From positions 20,646,001 to 20,710,000 of the forward strand of contig NC_043006.1 of the NCBI RefSeq assembly GCF_006345805.1: 64,000 nucleotides of DNA. The letters are read 5' to 3'. Shown piece by piece: positions 25,207 to 37,290 of this stretch. Position numbers and translations under genes: made by a program. Position 1 is the stretch's first letter. Each line of letters opens with the position of its first letter. The stretch comes from Octopus sinensis. Lineage: Eukaryota. The notes under the pieces are model-generated. The model saw only the letters and a list, made by a program, of their open reading frames with translations, was not told the origin of the DNA and did no database searches.

Positions 25207-25763
25207 GCTGAAGGATTAAAATTAATCGTAGGACATACTGATTATGTCTACCTGTTGGAAATAACAGTCAAAGCTCTTATTTAAATCGCCAAAATACACT
25301 GATAACTTCAGAAATCAACCGTCCGAAGGTAAATGGGCTAAGAAATCTCTCAGCATACATTCAAGTATTTGGACTCACGTGGACCGGTTTCTGGACTAGC
25401 ATAATAGCCTCACCTTCCTCAGCTCGCTTTACCATGGGGCACTGTCTTGAAGGGTTTATAATCGAATGAATCGACCCCAATTCTATCGGTCTTTTTTGCC
25501 GAACATATAAATGCCGAGGACGTAACCACACCATGGTAACGCGTGTTGAGGAAGGTGAGGCTATTATGTAAGTCCAGAAACCGGTCCACGTGAGTCCAAA
25601 TTCATGAATATATGCTGAGAGTTTGTCTTAGCTCGTTTGCCTACGGAAAGTTGATTTCTGTAGTCATTATCAGTGTAGTTTAGCGATTTAAATACGAGTT
25701 TTTAAATTTATTCCAGCAGGTAGACATACTTAGTATGTCCTTTGATTAATTTTAATCCTTCAG

Positions 25764-25764
<1 letters not shown>
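25207..25764. mobile_element. Fold-back/MITE with ~230-bp inverted arms, TA-flanked
   Basis: 25207-25437 is the imperfect reverse complement of 25531-25764; TA on both sides. Confidence 0.8.
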
Positions 25765-25805
<41 letters not shown>

Positions 25806-25809
<4 letters not shown>

Positions 25810-28192
25810 CACCGACACTACTCTCGGATCACAACATGGTAGAGCTGACCATGTACGGGCCAAAAGAGAGCACGGACATGCAGCCTACAAGAAACCCTCA
25901 GAATCTTTCCAGCTTGAACTTCAATAAGGCAAACTGGAAACAAATTGAGAAAGAGATCCTCAAACAAAACTGGCCTGAATGTCTCTCCTCGCCGGACATC
26001 GACATGATACTTCAACAATTCATGTCTGTAATGCAAGCCATATGCTACAAATGTGTCCCAGAGAAAAGGCCACTGTACACAAGAACAAAATCCCCAGAGA
26101 GAGGAAAATTTTAATGAACGGCGTACAAAAATTTCAAATCGCCTAAACAAACAAATTGAAAGCAGTGAAAAGTCCCGCCTGAAAATAAACTGTTGGAATT
26201 GAAAATTGTCTGCAACTCTCCCATGAGAAGGAAAGAGCAGACAAAGAAGCCTGGGCTATAGACAAAATAAAAACTAACCCCAGAGCTTTCTACAGGTATG
26301 CCAAAGAAACAGCTACGGTGCACTGTAGGATAGGGCCACTCCTTGAAAAGGATGGCACACTCACAGGAAAACCAATGAGGGTAAGTGAAATACTGAATGA
26401 ACAATTCAAGAGTGTTTTCACTCCACCCCTTGGGCATTTCCAAATCAGCAATCCAACTGACTTCTTTACCACTGCAGATATAGAATCAGAGGCGGCGACG
26501 ATAAATTACATCGATATAAAGGAAGACGATGTAATAAAGGCTATAGATGAAATGAAAATAGACTCAGCTATTGGCCCCGATGGATTCCCGGCAATCCTCC
26601 TAAAAGTATGTAAGAGAGTCTTAGCAAGACCACTGCAGTTCCTCTTTCAGAGCTTCCTTGCAGCTGGCAAATTCCAAGAAAACTGAAGGAAGGTAAAATA
26701 TGCCCTATTCATAAAGGAGGTAGCAGAGCGGAGGCCAAGAACTACAGACCTATCTCTCTGACCTCACACATCAGCAAGGTCATGGAACGAATAGTCAGAA
26801 GGAAACTAATCACCTTCCTTGAAGAAAATGACTTGCTGCCTGACACCCAACATGGTTTCCGACCAGGAAGAAGCTGCTTAACTCAGCTCCTGCAGCACTA
26901 TGACTGGGTGCTGAAACAACTGCTCAACCACTCAAATGTGGAAGTCATATATCTCGACTTCGCAAAGGCCTTCGATAAAGTCGATCATGGAATGATATGT
27001 CACAAACTGCGTGATCTTGGCATAGCTGGAAAACTAGGAGAATGGCTTCACGACTTTCTGAAGAATAGAAGTCAGGTGGTAGTAGCCAATTAGCACGCAA
27101 ATAGTGAGCGGTGTTCCACAGGGCACTGTTTTGGGACCACTACTGTTCATAATGGCCCTCTCAGACATGCCCTCAGCCACGCGGAGAGCCACGATCACAA
27201 GTTATGCAGATGATACAAAAGTTTCACAGGCAATACAGAACCCTGAAGACACTAAGCACCTGCAATATGAGCTGGACGAAATATACAAGTGGGCTGAAAA
27301 GAATAGCATGCAGTTCAATGCTGAAAAGTTTCAAGCTTTATACTATCAGCATGCAAAACTGAATGCAATACCCAAGGAATACACTGGACCCGGAGGGATT
27401 GCAATCCCAGAGGCACAATCAGTGCGTGACCTGGGTATTCACATGAGTGATGACGCGACCTTTCATGTACATGTTGCTAAACTGACAATGAAATGCAGAC
27501 GGCTGGCTGGATGGATTCTTAGAACCTTTAGAACAAGAGAACAAGAACCATGATGGTCTCTGGAAGACACTTGTCCTAAGCCACTTTGACTATTGCTCTC
27601 AGCTATGGTCACCATCCAGTGTCAAGTTGATCACAGAACTTGAGGCGATCCAACGAAGCTACACGAAGAAGATAGCCTCTATGCAGAATGTAAGCTACTG
27701 GAAAGACTCAAGAGATTAAAATTATATTCCCTGGAGCGTAGGCGGGAAAGATATGCCATAATATACATCTGGAAGATCCTGGAGGGAAGTGTCCTGAACT
27801 TTGGCATCGAGAGTTACGCAAATGCCAGAACTGGGCGCCGCTGCGTGGTGCCTAGGACTCCAAACTTGCCATCAAGATGTAGGACAAGATTCTGTGATAG
27901 CCTGGGCTTCCGAGGCCCACACTCTTCAATATCCTCCCGAATAAACTGAGAGACCTGCATGGGGTGGATACAGATGTCTTTAAAAGGAGCTGGATCTCTT
28001 CCTGTCAGGTGTCCCAGATGAACCAACTTCACGGCAGGAGGGGCAGATGAGGGCAGCTGCATCGAACTCTCTCGCACGCAAATAGCAGTTGCTAGAAAGC
28101 CTCCATGAAGTGAAACCAAGTAGCAACACCAAATGGCGGTGCCCCAGCATGGCCACAGCTCATAAGCTGAAACTAGAATCAATCATCAATCA

Positions 28193-28196
<4 letters not shown>
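25806..28196 (+). mobile_element. CR1-group LINE ORF2, 5'-truncated and disrupted by stops and frameshifts
   Basis: SDHN endonuclease end. RT motifs NYRPISLTS, QHGFRPGRSC, YLDFAKAFDKV, GVPQGTVLGPLLF and YADD. (AATC)n-like tail. Confidence 0.93.
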
Positions 28197-28235
<39 letters not shown>

Positions 28236-28282
28236 AAACAGTCAAGATAGAAAATGCTAAAATAATTTTATAAAGAACATTT

Positions 28283-28319
28283 CAGTACCGGTTTCGGTCA
28301 TTTGAGACCTTTTCAACTG
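28283..28319 (-). ncRNA. Minimal type I hammerhead motif (U3-A8 covariant core)
   Basis: Minus strand: CAG-TTGAAAA-GGTC-TCAAAT-GACC-GAAA-CCGG-TA-CTG; all helices pair, palindromic ACCGGT stem III. Confidence 0.75.
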
Positions 28320-28543
28320 TAGATTAAATAATTAAATTTAGAAAAATTAAAAGAAAGTTTTTTTTAAAGAATATTTGTATATGTTCAAAAATAAGTGCAT
28401 TTTCCTTGTTTTCTCTTCTGCCTTTCTCTGTCTCTCTTGTTTACACTTGTGGGTTCGAGGTCATTGTGTGGTGTATAATATATTATATATATATAATATG
28501 ATATATATAATATATAAGTTTTGTTTCGTCATGATGCTGACAT

Positions 28544-28648
28544 AAATTCCTTGTCTTTCCTGATGAGAAGACGGCAAATGCACCCTTTATATTCCTTCGG
28601 AATGAGAATATGCAGTCTTCGAAACATGTGTCGAGAATAAAGGAATTT
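28544..28648 (+). ncRNA. Canonical extended type I hammerhead ribozyme motif
   Basis: AAATTCCTT-GTC-TTTC-CTGATGA-GAAGAC..GTCTTC-GAAA-CATGTG-TC-GAGA-ATA-AAGGAATTT: intact core, predicted GUC cleavage after 28632, distal 9-bp stem I. Confidence 0.85.
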
Positions 28649-28700
28649 TGTTAAATCGTCGTTCGACTCCATTCTTTCATTTATATATATATATATAATA

Positions 28701-28730
<30 letters not shown>

Positions 28731-28733
<3 letters not shown>

Positions 28734-28894
28734 CGACGGGCTTCATTCAGTTTTCATCTACCGAATCCACTCGCAAAGCTTTACTCGGTTCGAGGCTATA
28801 GCAGAAAACACCTGCCCAAGGTACCACACAGTGAGACTGAACCCGGAACCATGTGGTTGGAAAGCAAGCTTCTTACCACAGCCACGCCTGCGCC
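28731..28894 (-). mobile_element. SINE family B, 5' half
   Basis: Head and CORE-like part only. Confidence 0.8.
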
Positions 28895-28895
28895 T

Positions 28896-29035
28896 ATTTA
28901 TTCACATTATTTTGAATTAGTCATGCTTTATCTTGTAGCTTCAACATTTTGATGATGTGATTGCTTATTTTTAGCATGGCATTGTAGGACAGGTGTGAGA
29001 TGCTAGATCTGGCTAGTTTGAACATAAAATAGGTT
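28896..29035 (-). mobile_element. Internal fragment of the piggyBac-type MITE
   Basis: Reverse complement resembles 46855-47000. Confidence 0.6.
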
Positions 29036-29442
29036 TCAATACTAAAAGTTTAATCTATGCAATATAAAGGACCATGTGTTCAATCTTTCATTGTTTAGAT
29101 TGTGCCGGATACATAGCAACTGATTTCTTAATGGCTTCGTTAATATGAATTACAAATGTTTTCACTGAAAATCTATAACCTTAAATCACTCTCCGAAAAA
29201 TGTTATTCCTTTTAAGCTGAATAGTCAATTAGTCATCACTGACACACACCAATGAGCAAGATACGAGTTCAGCAAAAAATCACATACATAAATTTCTTAT
29301 TCCTTTTTCTATAGGTATAGTCATTTACAACATCGTTCATTTAGTCATCATGACTGTTTGAAATGATTTAATACTCTATAATACATTTACAAACTCTATT
29401 AATCATACAGAGACAAGTCTGTGATGTCATTTTAATGATGAT

Positions 29443-29828
29443 AAGGCGATGAGCTGGCAGACACGTTAGCACGCCGGGCGAAATGCTTAGCGGTATTTCG
29501 TCTGCCGCTACGTTCTGAGTTCATATTCCACTGAGGTCGACTTTGCCTTTCATCCTTATGGGCTAATTTAAATAAGTACCAGTTATGCACTGGGGTCGAT
29601 GTAATCGACTTAATCCGTTTGTATGTCCTTGTTTGTCCCCTTGTGGGTAGTAAAGAAATAGGTATTTCGTCTGTCTTTACGTTCTGAGTTCAAATTTCGC
29701 CTAGGTCGACTATGCCTTACATCCTTCCGAGGTCGATAAATTAAGTACCAGTTGCGTACAGAGGTCAATCTAATCGACTGGCCCCCTTCCCAGAAGTTTC
29801 GGGCTTTGTGCCTAGAGTAGAAAAGATT
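29443..29828 (+). mobile_element. SINE family A dimer (A1 plus 5'-truncated alternative-tail unit)
   Basis: Junction GAAATAG|GTATTTCGTCTG at 29661/29662. Confidence 0.9.
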
Positions 29829-30248
29829 ATAAGGATGATCTAAACAAAGTTTGTTTTATAGTTCTTAATCTTTTATTTTTTTACTTTTTACTCATTAGAC
29901 TGCGGCCATACTGGGGCACCGTCTTAAAGGGTTTATAGTCGAACGAATCGATCCCAGTTTTATCGGTCCTTTTTTGCTTAACCTTTAAGTACCAAGGACG
30001 TAGCCACACCAACATCGGTTGTCAAGCGATGGTGGTGGGGACAAAGACTAACACAGAAATAAAGTTTCCTTCAGTTCTCGTCTACGAAATCCACTCACAA
30101 AGCTTTGATCGGTTCGAGGTTATAGTAGAAGACACTCGCCCAAAGTACCACGCAGTGGGAATGAACCCAGAACCATGTGGTTGGGAAGCTAGCTTCTTAT
30201 CACTCAAAAACACCTGTTTCTATACAATTTCCAGATGAAAAAAATATC

Positions 30249-30478
30249 TATTTCTTTACTACCCACAAGGGGATAAACATAGAGGGGACAAACAAGGACA
30301 GACAAACTGATTAAGTCGATTACATCGACCCAGTGCGAAACTGGTACTTTATTTATCGACCCCGAGAGGATGAAAGGCAAAGTCGACCTCGGCGGAATTT
30401 GAACTCAGAACGTAACGACAGACGAAATACGGCTAAGCATTTCGCCCGGCGCGCTAACGTTTCTGCCAGCTCGCCGCC
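30249..30478 (-). mobile_element. SINE family A
   Basis: Full-length match. Confidence 0.92.
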
Positions 30479-30489
30479 TAATGAAAAAT

Positions 30490-30850
30490 GCCCAATTCAA
30501 GATCACAACATACATGTACACTGCAACATAATTTCTTTTCCTCAACAGGCCCTGCCCTATTTAACATTGTCCAGAGGGAGATCAAAGAGGAAAAGGATCC
30601 CATCAACTTTAAACAGTCTGGATAGATTCCTTCAAAGAATACCAGATAAGCCATCCATAATTGGATACAACTCACCCAACAAGAACTCACTACTTGAACA
30701 AAACTGGATACAACTCACCCAACAAGAACTCACTACTTGAACAAAACTTGACTTAAACAGGATTCGAATAATCCTATCAGGTGGTGCTATTAAGTAAGAC
30801 ATGGCCTGGACCAATCTTTGGTCGAAACATATCTAAGTTTATCTAAGTTT
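30490..30850 (+). mobile_element. CR1-like LINE 3' end with 43-bp tandem duplication
   Basis: GPALFNIV..FKQSLDRFLQRIPDKP parallels the 27.9-kb LINE end. 30662-30704 equals 30705-30747. Confidence 0.7.
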
Positions 30851-30950
30851 ACATATATATATGTGTGTGAGTGTGTGTGTGTGTATAATATGTGTGTGTA
30901 TGTGTGTATGTATGTATATGTATATATCTAACTATATATATAGATATGTT

Positions 30951-30983
<33 letters not shown>

Positions 30984-31034
30984 CATATATATAAATTACA
31001 AAGTGAGATAGGGGTTATGAGTGTAACCCACTAT

Positions 31035-31075
<41 letters not shown>

Positions 31076-31216
31076 CATATATATAAATTACAAAGTGAGA
31101 TAGGGGTTATGAGTGTAATCCACTATATGAGATATCATTTATCCAATATACACCCAGTAAAGTACAGAGAGCTTAAACATAAAGGCTAAGAATTCCATTT
31201 TCTTATTTTGTTATAC

Positions 31217-31249
<33 letters not shown>

Positions 31250-31494
31250 ATAATACACACATATACATATATACACTATGTATATATATGTGTGTGTGTG
31301 TGTATGTATGATTATACAAACAATATGTACTTATAAGAGTGCGTATATGTAGTTTTGCAGATACGTATATACATATACACACACTCACACATGTATACAC
31401 ACACATAGACACACATACACACGCATATATGTGTGTATGCATATATATATATATATGTACGATGTGTGTGTGTGACTATTTATGTGAGTGTATG

Positions 31495-31528
<34 letters not shown>

Positions 31529-31558
31529 TGTATGTATGTATGTATGTATGTATGTATG

Positions 31559-31592
<34 letters not shown>

Positions 31593-31982
31593 TGTATGCT
31601 GTATGTATGTATGTATGTATGTATGTATGTATGTATGTATGCATTCACGTCAATGTACGTGCATCATTTTCTGTTCCTTCGTATTGCTTCCATGCTATTC
31701 ATGTTGCGAAGCTAAATATAATATCTGTGTAGCTACGCAACAAAGACATTACATAATTTTCCTCTTTCGTAGCTCCATCTTGTCTGCAAGTGAGCTGATA
31801 CTGAAGATACTGTTGTAAAGAACTGCACCGAAATACATGCGGGAATTCAAGCAATTGTAATTAGCTTTTGATCAGAAATTGTTTATTAGAAAGCACAGAT
31901 TCACACATACAGACATTGGCGAATACATACAAGCATATATGCATGTACATGCATCTCTATCCATACCCACATATATGCAAAT

Positions 31983-32367
31983 GTGGAGGCGCAATGGCCC
32001 AGTGGTTAGGGCAGCGGACTCGCGGTCATAGGATCGCGGTTTCGATTCCCAGACCGGGCGTTGTGAGTGTTTATTGAGCGAAAACACCTAAAAGTTCCAC
32101 GAGGCTCCGGCAGGGGATGGTGGTGATCCCTGCTGTACTCTTTCACCACAACTTTCTCTCACTCTTACTTCCTGTTTCTGTTGTACCTGTATTTCAAAGA
32201 GCCGGCCTTGTCACTCTCTGTGTCACGCTGAATATCCCCGAGAACTACGTTAAGGGTACACGTGTCTGTGGAGTGCTCAGCCACTTACACGTTAATTTCA
32301 CGAGCAGGCTGTCCCGTTGATTCGGATCAACCGGAACCCTCGTCGTCGTAACCGACGGAGTGCTTCC
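31983..32367 (+). mobile_element. SINE family C
   Basis: TSD ATATGCAAAT at 31973-31982 and 32368-32377. Confidence 0.93.
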
Positions 32368-33243
32368 ATATGCAAATACACGCACCTCCTTGCACACCAG
32401 GGTGCGCCTGCAGATGCATATACATTCCTAGATATGCGTGCAAGGAAACTGACTCCAAGGGGGGGGGGTCTAAGATATTGGAGGGAAAAAGAATTTCAGT
32501 TTTGACCATTTCACAGTGTTATTGAGTGTGTGGTAGCGGGGAGGTAGACCATAAATTATATTTCTTTTTATCAGGTCGACTTTGCCTTTCATCCTTTCGG
32601 GGTCGATAAATAAAGTACCAGTTTCGCACTGGGGTCGATGTAATCAACTTAATCCCTTTGACTGTCCTTGTTTGTCCCCTCTATGTTTCGCCCCTTGCGG
32701 GTAGTAAAGAATTATATATTGTGTGTGTGTGTGTGTTTAATGAGGGAAGGTCAAATGGTTTTTGGGGTTTAGAGAAGAAGAATTCTTTTTATGATTGTTT
32801 TGTGAAGGTGTGTGCCTGTGTGTGTCTGTGTGTGTGCGTGTGTGTGTGGGGGGGGGGGTGTCTGTGAGTTTGGAGAAGGGAAGAGAGGAGAAAAAAAAGG
32901 AGGAAGGAGAAATAATTGTGTTGATATTCATACCACTATATATATATATATACATACATACATACATATACATAAAATATTAGAAAAAAAAACACCTTTT
33001 ATCAATTCAAAATGAATAATTAAATTACACCATCTAGAAAATTACATATCATAGAAAAGTAATATACATATATATAGATAGATAGATAGATGCGTGTGTG
33101 TTATTTATACACACACCACACTACACACACACACCACACACACACACACACATATATATATGATATATATATATATATATTATATACTATATATATATAT
33201 ATATATATATATCTGTAAATTAATATGTTACCATTATTCAATA

Positions 33244-33317
33244 GCCAAGATAAACTAAACTCTGAGTTTCGGATGCCGAAGTGGAAATCCACAACACCAT
33301 CTCTTCGGTTATCTGGC
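33244..33317 (-). ncRNA. Degenerate hammerhead motif (U4C core) in a TA-flanked PLE-like relic
   Basis: Minus strand: GCCA-GATAA-CCGAAGA-GATG..CATC-C-GAAA-CTCAGAG-TT-(TAGT)-TTATC-T-TGGC. A 4-nt insertion disrupts stem I. Confidence 0.5.
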
Positions 33318-33385
33318 CATCTGAAAAACGCTATGAAAAAATACCATATATATATGCGTATACATTTGGCGAAAAATATTATATA

Positions 33386-33792
33386 GGAGTGGCTGTGTGG
33401 TATGTATGTTTATTGTTTACCAATCATATGGTTTCGGGTTCAGTCCCACTGCGTGGCACCTTGGGCAAGTGTCTTCTACTTATAGCCCTCGGGCCGACCA
33501 AGCCTTGTGAGTGGATTTGGTAGACGGAGAACTGAAAGAAGCCGTCGTATATATGTTATTGATATATATATGTGTATGTTAGTGTGTGTATTGTTGTGTG
33601 TCTGTGTTTGTCCCCCTAGCATTGCTGACAACCGATGCTGGTGTGTTATGTCCCCATCACTTAGCAGTTCGGCAAAGAGGACCGATAGAATAAGTACTGG
33701 GCTTACAAAGAATAAGTCCCTGGGTCGAGTTGCTCGATTAAAAGCAGTGCTCCAGCATGGCCGCAGTCACAATGATTGAACAAGTAAAGAGT
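33386..33792 (+). mobile_element. SINE family B
   Basis: Match to B consensus. Confidence 0.9.
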
Positions 33793-33831
33793 ATATATAT
33801 AATATTATGTATCTATGTATGTACAGCGTTT

Positions 33832-33906
<75 letters not shown>

Positions 33907-34512
33907 TATAATTGTGTGTGTGTGTGTTGTAGGAATACACACATATATATGTATGTATATGTATATATGCGTACATGCACACATATGTGTACGTGTGTGT
34001 GTGAGTATATATATATACTCACACATATATATGCATTCATACATGTATGCCTGCATGTATGCACCCATCCATTCATACATACATACATACATACATACAT
34101 TCACATACATACATACATAAATAAATACATACATACATACATACGTACATACATACATACATACATACATACATACATACATGCATACATACACCATGCA
34201 CGCATATAGAAAGAATATTTCAGGGTATATCCAAATACTAGCAAAAAAATACTTGGAAGATTGATCTCATCTTTAATGCGGAAGCTTTAGTAACTGTCAA
34301 AAGAAAAACTTAGAATATCTTTACGTGGCTCCTGCAATATTTTCTTGGAACAAAGCATCTTTGATGTTTATTTCACCCGAAACCATTTTCTAAGCAACTG
34401 CAACTGTAAAATATTGATAAAATATCATCTTACGGCAATGGAATAATAACTGCTCCATATTTTATTGGTTAATCGTTATCAAGAACAAAACTAGATGCAA
34501 GTTCACACGATT

Positions 34513-34919
34513 TACTCTTTTACTCTTTTACTCTTTTACTTGTTTCAGTCATTTGACTGCGGCCATGCTGGAGCACCGCCTTTAGTCGAGCAAATCGACC
34601 CCGGGACTTATTCTTTGTAAGCCCAGTACTTATTCTATCGGTGTCTTTTGCCGAACCGCTAAGTGACGGGGACGTAAACACACCAGCATCGGTTGTCAAG
34701 CAATGCTAGGGGGACAAACACAGACACACAAACACATACACACACACTTATATATACGACAGGCTTCTTTCAGTTTCCGTCTACCAAATCCACTCACAAG
34801 GCATTGGTCGGCCCGGGGCTATAGCAGAAGACACTTGCCCAAGATGCCACGCAGTGGGACTGAACCCGGAACCATGTGGTTGGTTAGCAAGCTACTTACC
34901 ACACAGCCACTCCTGCGCC
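34513..34919 (-). mobile_element. SINE family B, full length
   Basis: Match to B consensus. Confidence 0.93.
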
Positions 34920-35009
34920 TATTTGGTATCATTAAGTTTATTAAGTTCTATGCAAACCCCGCTTCGCGCAGGGCACCGAAAATTCAGAAGGAAATGGGGG
35001 ACAATCTTG

Positions 35010-35162
35010 AAACAACAACAGCATCATCAACATCATCATGAACAAATCCAACATCATCATGGTCATCATGATCATGATCATCATCAACAGCAACAGCAAC
35101 AACATGAACGACATTGTCATCATCATGATCATCATGATCATGGCCATGCTAATGATGTTGAC

Positions 35163-35226
<64 letters not shown>

Positions 35227-35245
35227 GTCATCATCATCATCATCG

Positions 35246-35280
<35 letters not shown>

Positions 35281-35299
35281 GTCATCATCATCATCATCG

Positions 35300-35334
<35 letters not shown>

Positions 35335-35401
35335 GTCATCATCATCATCATCGTCGTCGTCATCGTCATCATCATCGTCATCATCATCGTCATCATCATC
35401 G

Positions 35402-35447
<46 letters not shown>

Positions 35448-35589
35448 TAACAGCAACAACATCATAATCTTCATCATCATCATCATGACCATTATCATTA
35501 TCATTATCATCAACATCAAGAAGAAGAACATCATCATGATCATCATGACCATGAACATAATGATGATGACGATAATGATGATGACGATC

Positions 35590-35632
<43 letters not shown>
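35010..35632. repeat. (CAT)n/(CAA)n trinucleotide array
   Basis: Direct reading; source of the poly-H, poly-M and poly-I ORFs. Confidence 0.95.
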
Positions 35633-35633
<1 letters not shown>

Positions 35634-35903
35634 AAGCTGCTATACTAATATGAGGCAGACCCGATTTTCTCTAATCTAAACAACGAGAGTATTCAGTAAT
35701 AACATTGGAACGCACTTTGGGTTTAGATAAGTGCGTAGTACTAACCATGAAGAGAGGGTGGAAGATAAAGTTTGATGGCATAAATTACCACAAGGCATCA
35801 TTAGATCGCTGTGGAATACAAATACCAGGGAATACTGCAAGACAAGATAATGGAAAGAGAAATGTGAGAGAAAGTCACTAAAGAGTACGAAAGGAAAAAT
35901 TTG

Positions 35904-36110
35904 GGCACTGTCATGCCTTTGGTTGTCAGAAGTGAAAGTAGAAAAATCTGACGTCAGACGTCAACTTCGTGTATTTACGTCGTCAAGTTTATACCTTCGT
36001 TTATTTACGTACCACCACGCTTTAATTTAATGGACGAGAAAAAGTGTGACGTCATTTTGACGTCACACTTTTTCTACTTTCATCCTGACAACCAAAGGCA
36101 TGACGGTGCC
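35904..36110. mobile_element. MITE with ~43-bp TIRs (GGCAC...), 8-bp TSD
   Basis: TIRs 35904-35946 and 36069-36110; TSD AAAATTTG at 35896-35903 and 36111-36118. Confidence 0.85.
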
Positions 36111-36302
36111 AAAATTTGCACGGTGCTTGAAACAATGTTAAATGCAGGGCACAACATTAAAGCCATATATACATGAGCAATGCCAGTATTGAGATACTTA
36201 GCCCTCTTTGTGAAATAGGCAAAGATCGAACTGCAGAAGTTAGATAGAAGAACCGGTAAGCTGCTAACAATGCACAACGCACTCCATCCTAAAAGTATTA
36301 CC

Positions 36303-36779
36303 TATTTCTTTACTACCCACAAGGGGCTAAACACAGAGGGGACAAAGAAGGACAGACAAACGGATTAAGTCGATTACATCGACCCCAGTGCATAACTGGT
36401 ACTTAATTTATCGACCCCGAAAGGATGAAAGGCAAAGTCGACCTCAGCGCAATTTGAACTCAGAACGTAACGGCAGACGAAATACTGCTACGCATCTCGC
36501 CCGGCGTGCTAACGTTTCTGCTAGCTCGCCATCCTAAAAGTATTACCAATTTCTTTACTACCCACAAGGGGCTAAACACAGAGGGGACAGACAAACAAGG
36601 ACAGACAAACGAATTAAGTCGATTACATCGACCCCAGTGCGTAACTGGTACTTAATTTATCGACCCCGAAAGGATGAAAGGCAAAGTCGACCTCAGCGCA
36701 ATTTGAACTCAGAACGTAACGGCAGAGGAAACACGGCTACGCATTTCGCCCGGCGTGCTAACGTTTCTGCTAGCTCGCC
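36303..36779 (-). mobile_element. Two tandem SINE A copies sharing a triplicated target site
   Basis: CCATCCTAAAAGTATTACC at 36284-36302, 36529-36547 and 36778-36796. Confidence 0.93.
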
Positions 36780-36892
36780 ATCCTAAAAGTATTACCGAAT
36801 GACTCTACCTTCCAAGAAGGTAAGGGTTACTAAACGTGGAAGACATTGTTGGCAGTGCGATACTGGGTTTGAAAGATTTTCTACAGAGTCTT

Positions 36893-37290
36893 CTCTTCTT
36901 CTTCTTAATCCTTTTTGCCCCTTGTGGAGCATAGGGCCTCAACAGTTGTTTTCCACTTTTTGCGGTCATTGGCGTGTTTCTTGGCTGCTTCCCATGTCAG
37001 GCCGGTGGCCCTGAGCTCGTCCAAATTGATCTGCTTCCATGTCTGCTTCGGGCATCCTCGCTTCCTTCTCCCCTGCAGGTTCCAGTCAAGTGCTTGTCGC
37101 GTCACATTTGAGGGTTCTTTCCGCTGTGTGTGTCCGATCCATCTCCATTTCCTTCGTCTAATCTGAACATGTATGGACTCCTGGTTGGCCCTTTCCCACA
37201 GGTCGGTGTTTGGCACTCTGTCGAACCACTTCAGATGGAGGATCTGCCGGATACATTTGTTGATGAAGGTCCGGATCTTCTTGTTTCAGA
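36893..37290 (-). mobile_element. RTE-like LINE 3' end with (AAG)n tail
   Basis: IRRRKWRWIGHTQRK...ALDWNLQGRRKRGCPKQTW...ANDRKKWK. Confidence 0.88.

Noticed and set aside
30978-31134. Tandem duplication of a ~60-bp unit within a TA array
   Set aside because: Ordinary slippage or unequal exchange between TA tracts.
34854-35679. Poly-His, poly-Met and poly-Ile ORFs (also the poly-D/S ORFs at 2750-3322 and those at 54417-55255)
   Set aside because: Trinucleotide microsatellite read-through.
36284-36796. Repeat-spacer-repeat layout resembling CRISPR (also the SINE A multimers)
   Set aside because: The spacers are homologous ~230-bp SINEs in a eukaryotic context, and there are no cas genes.
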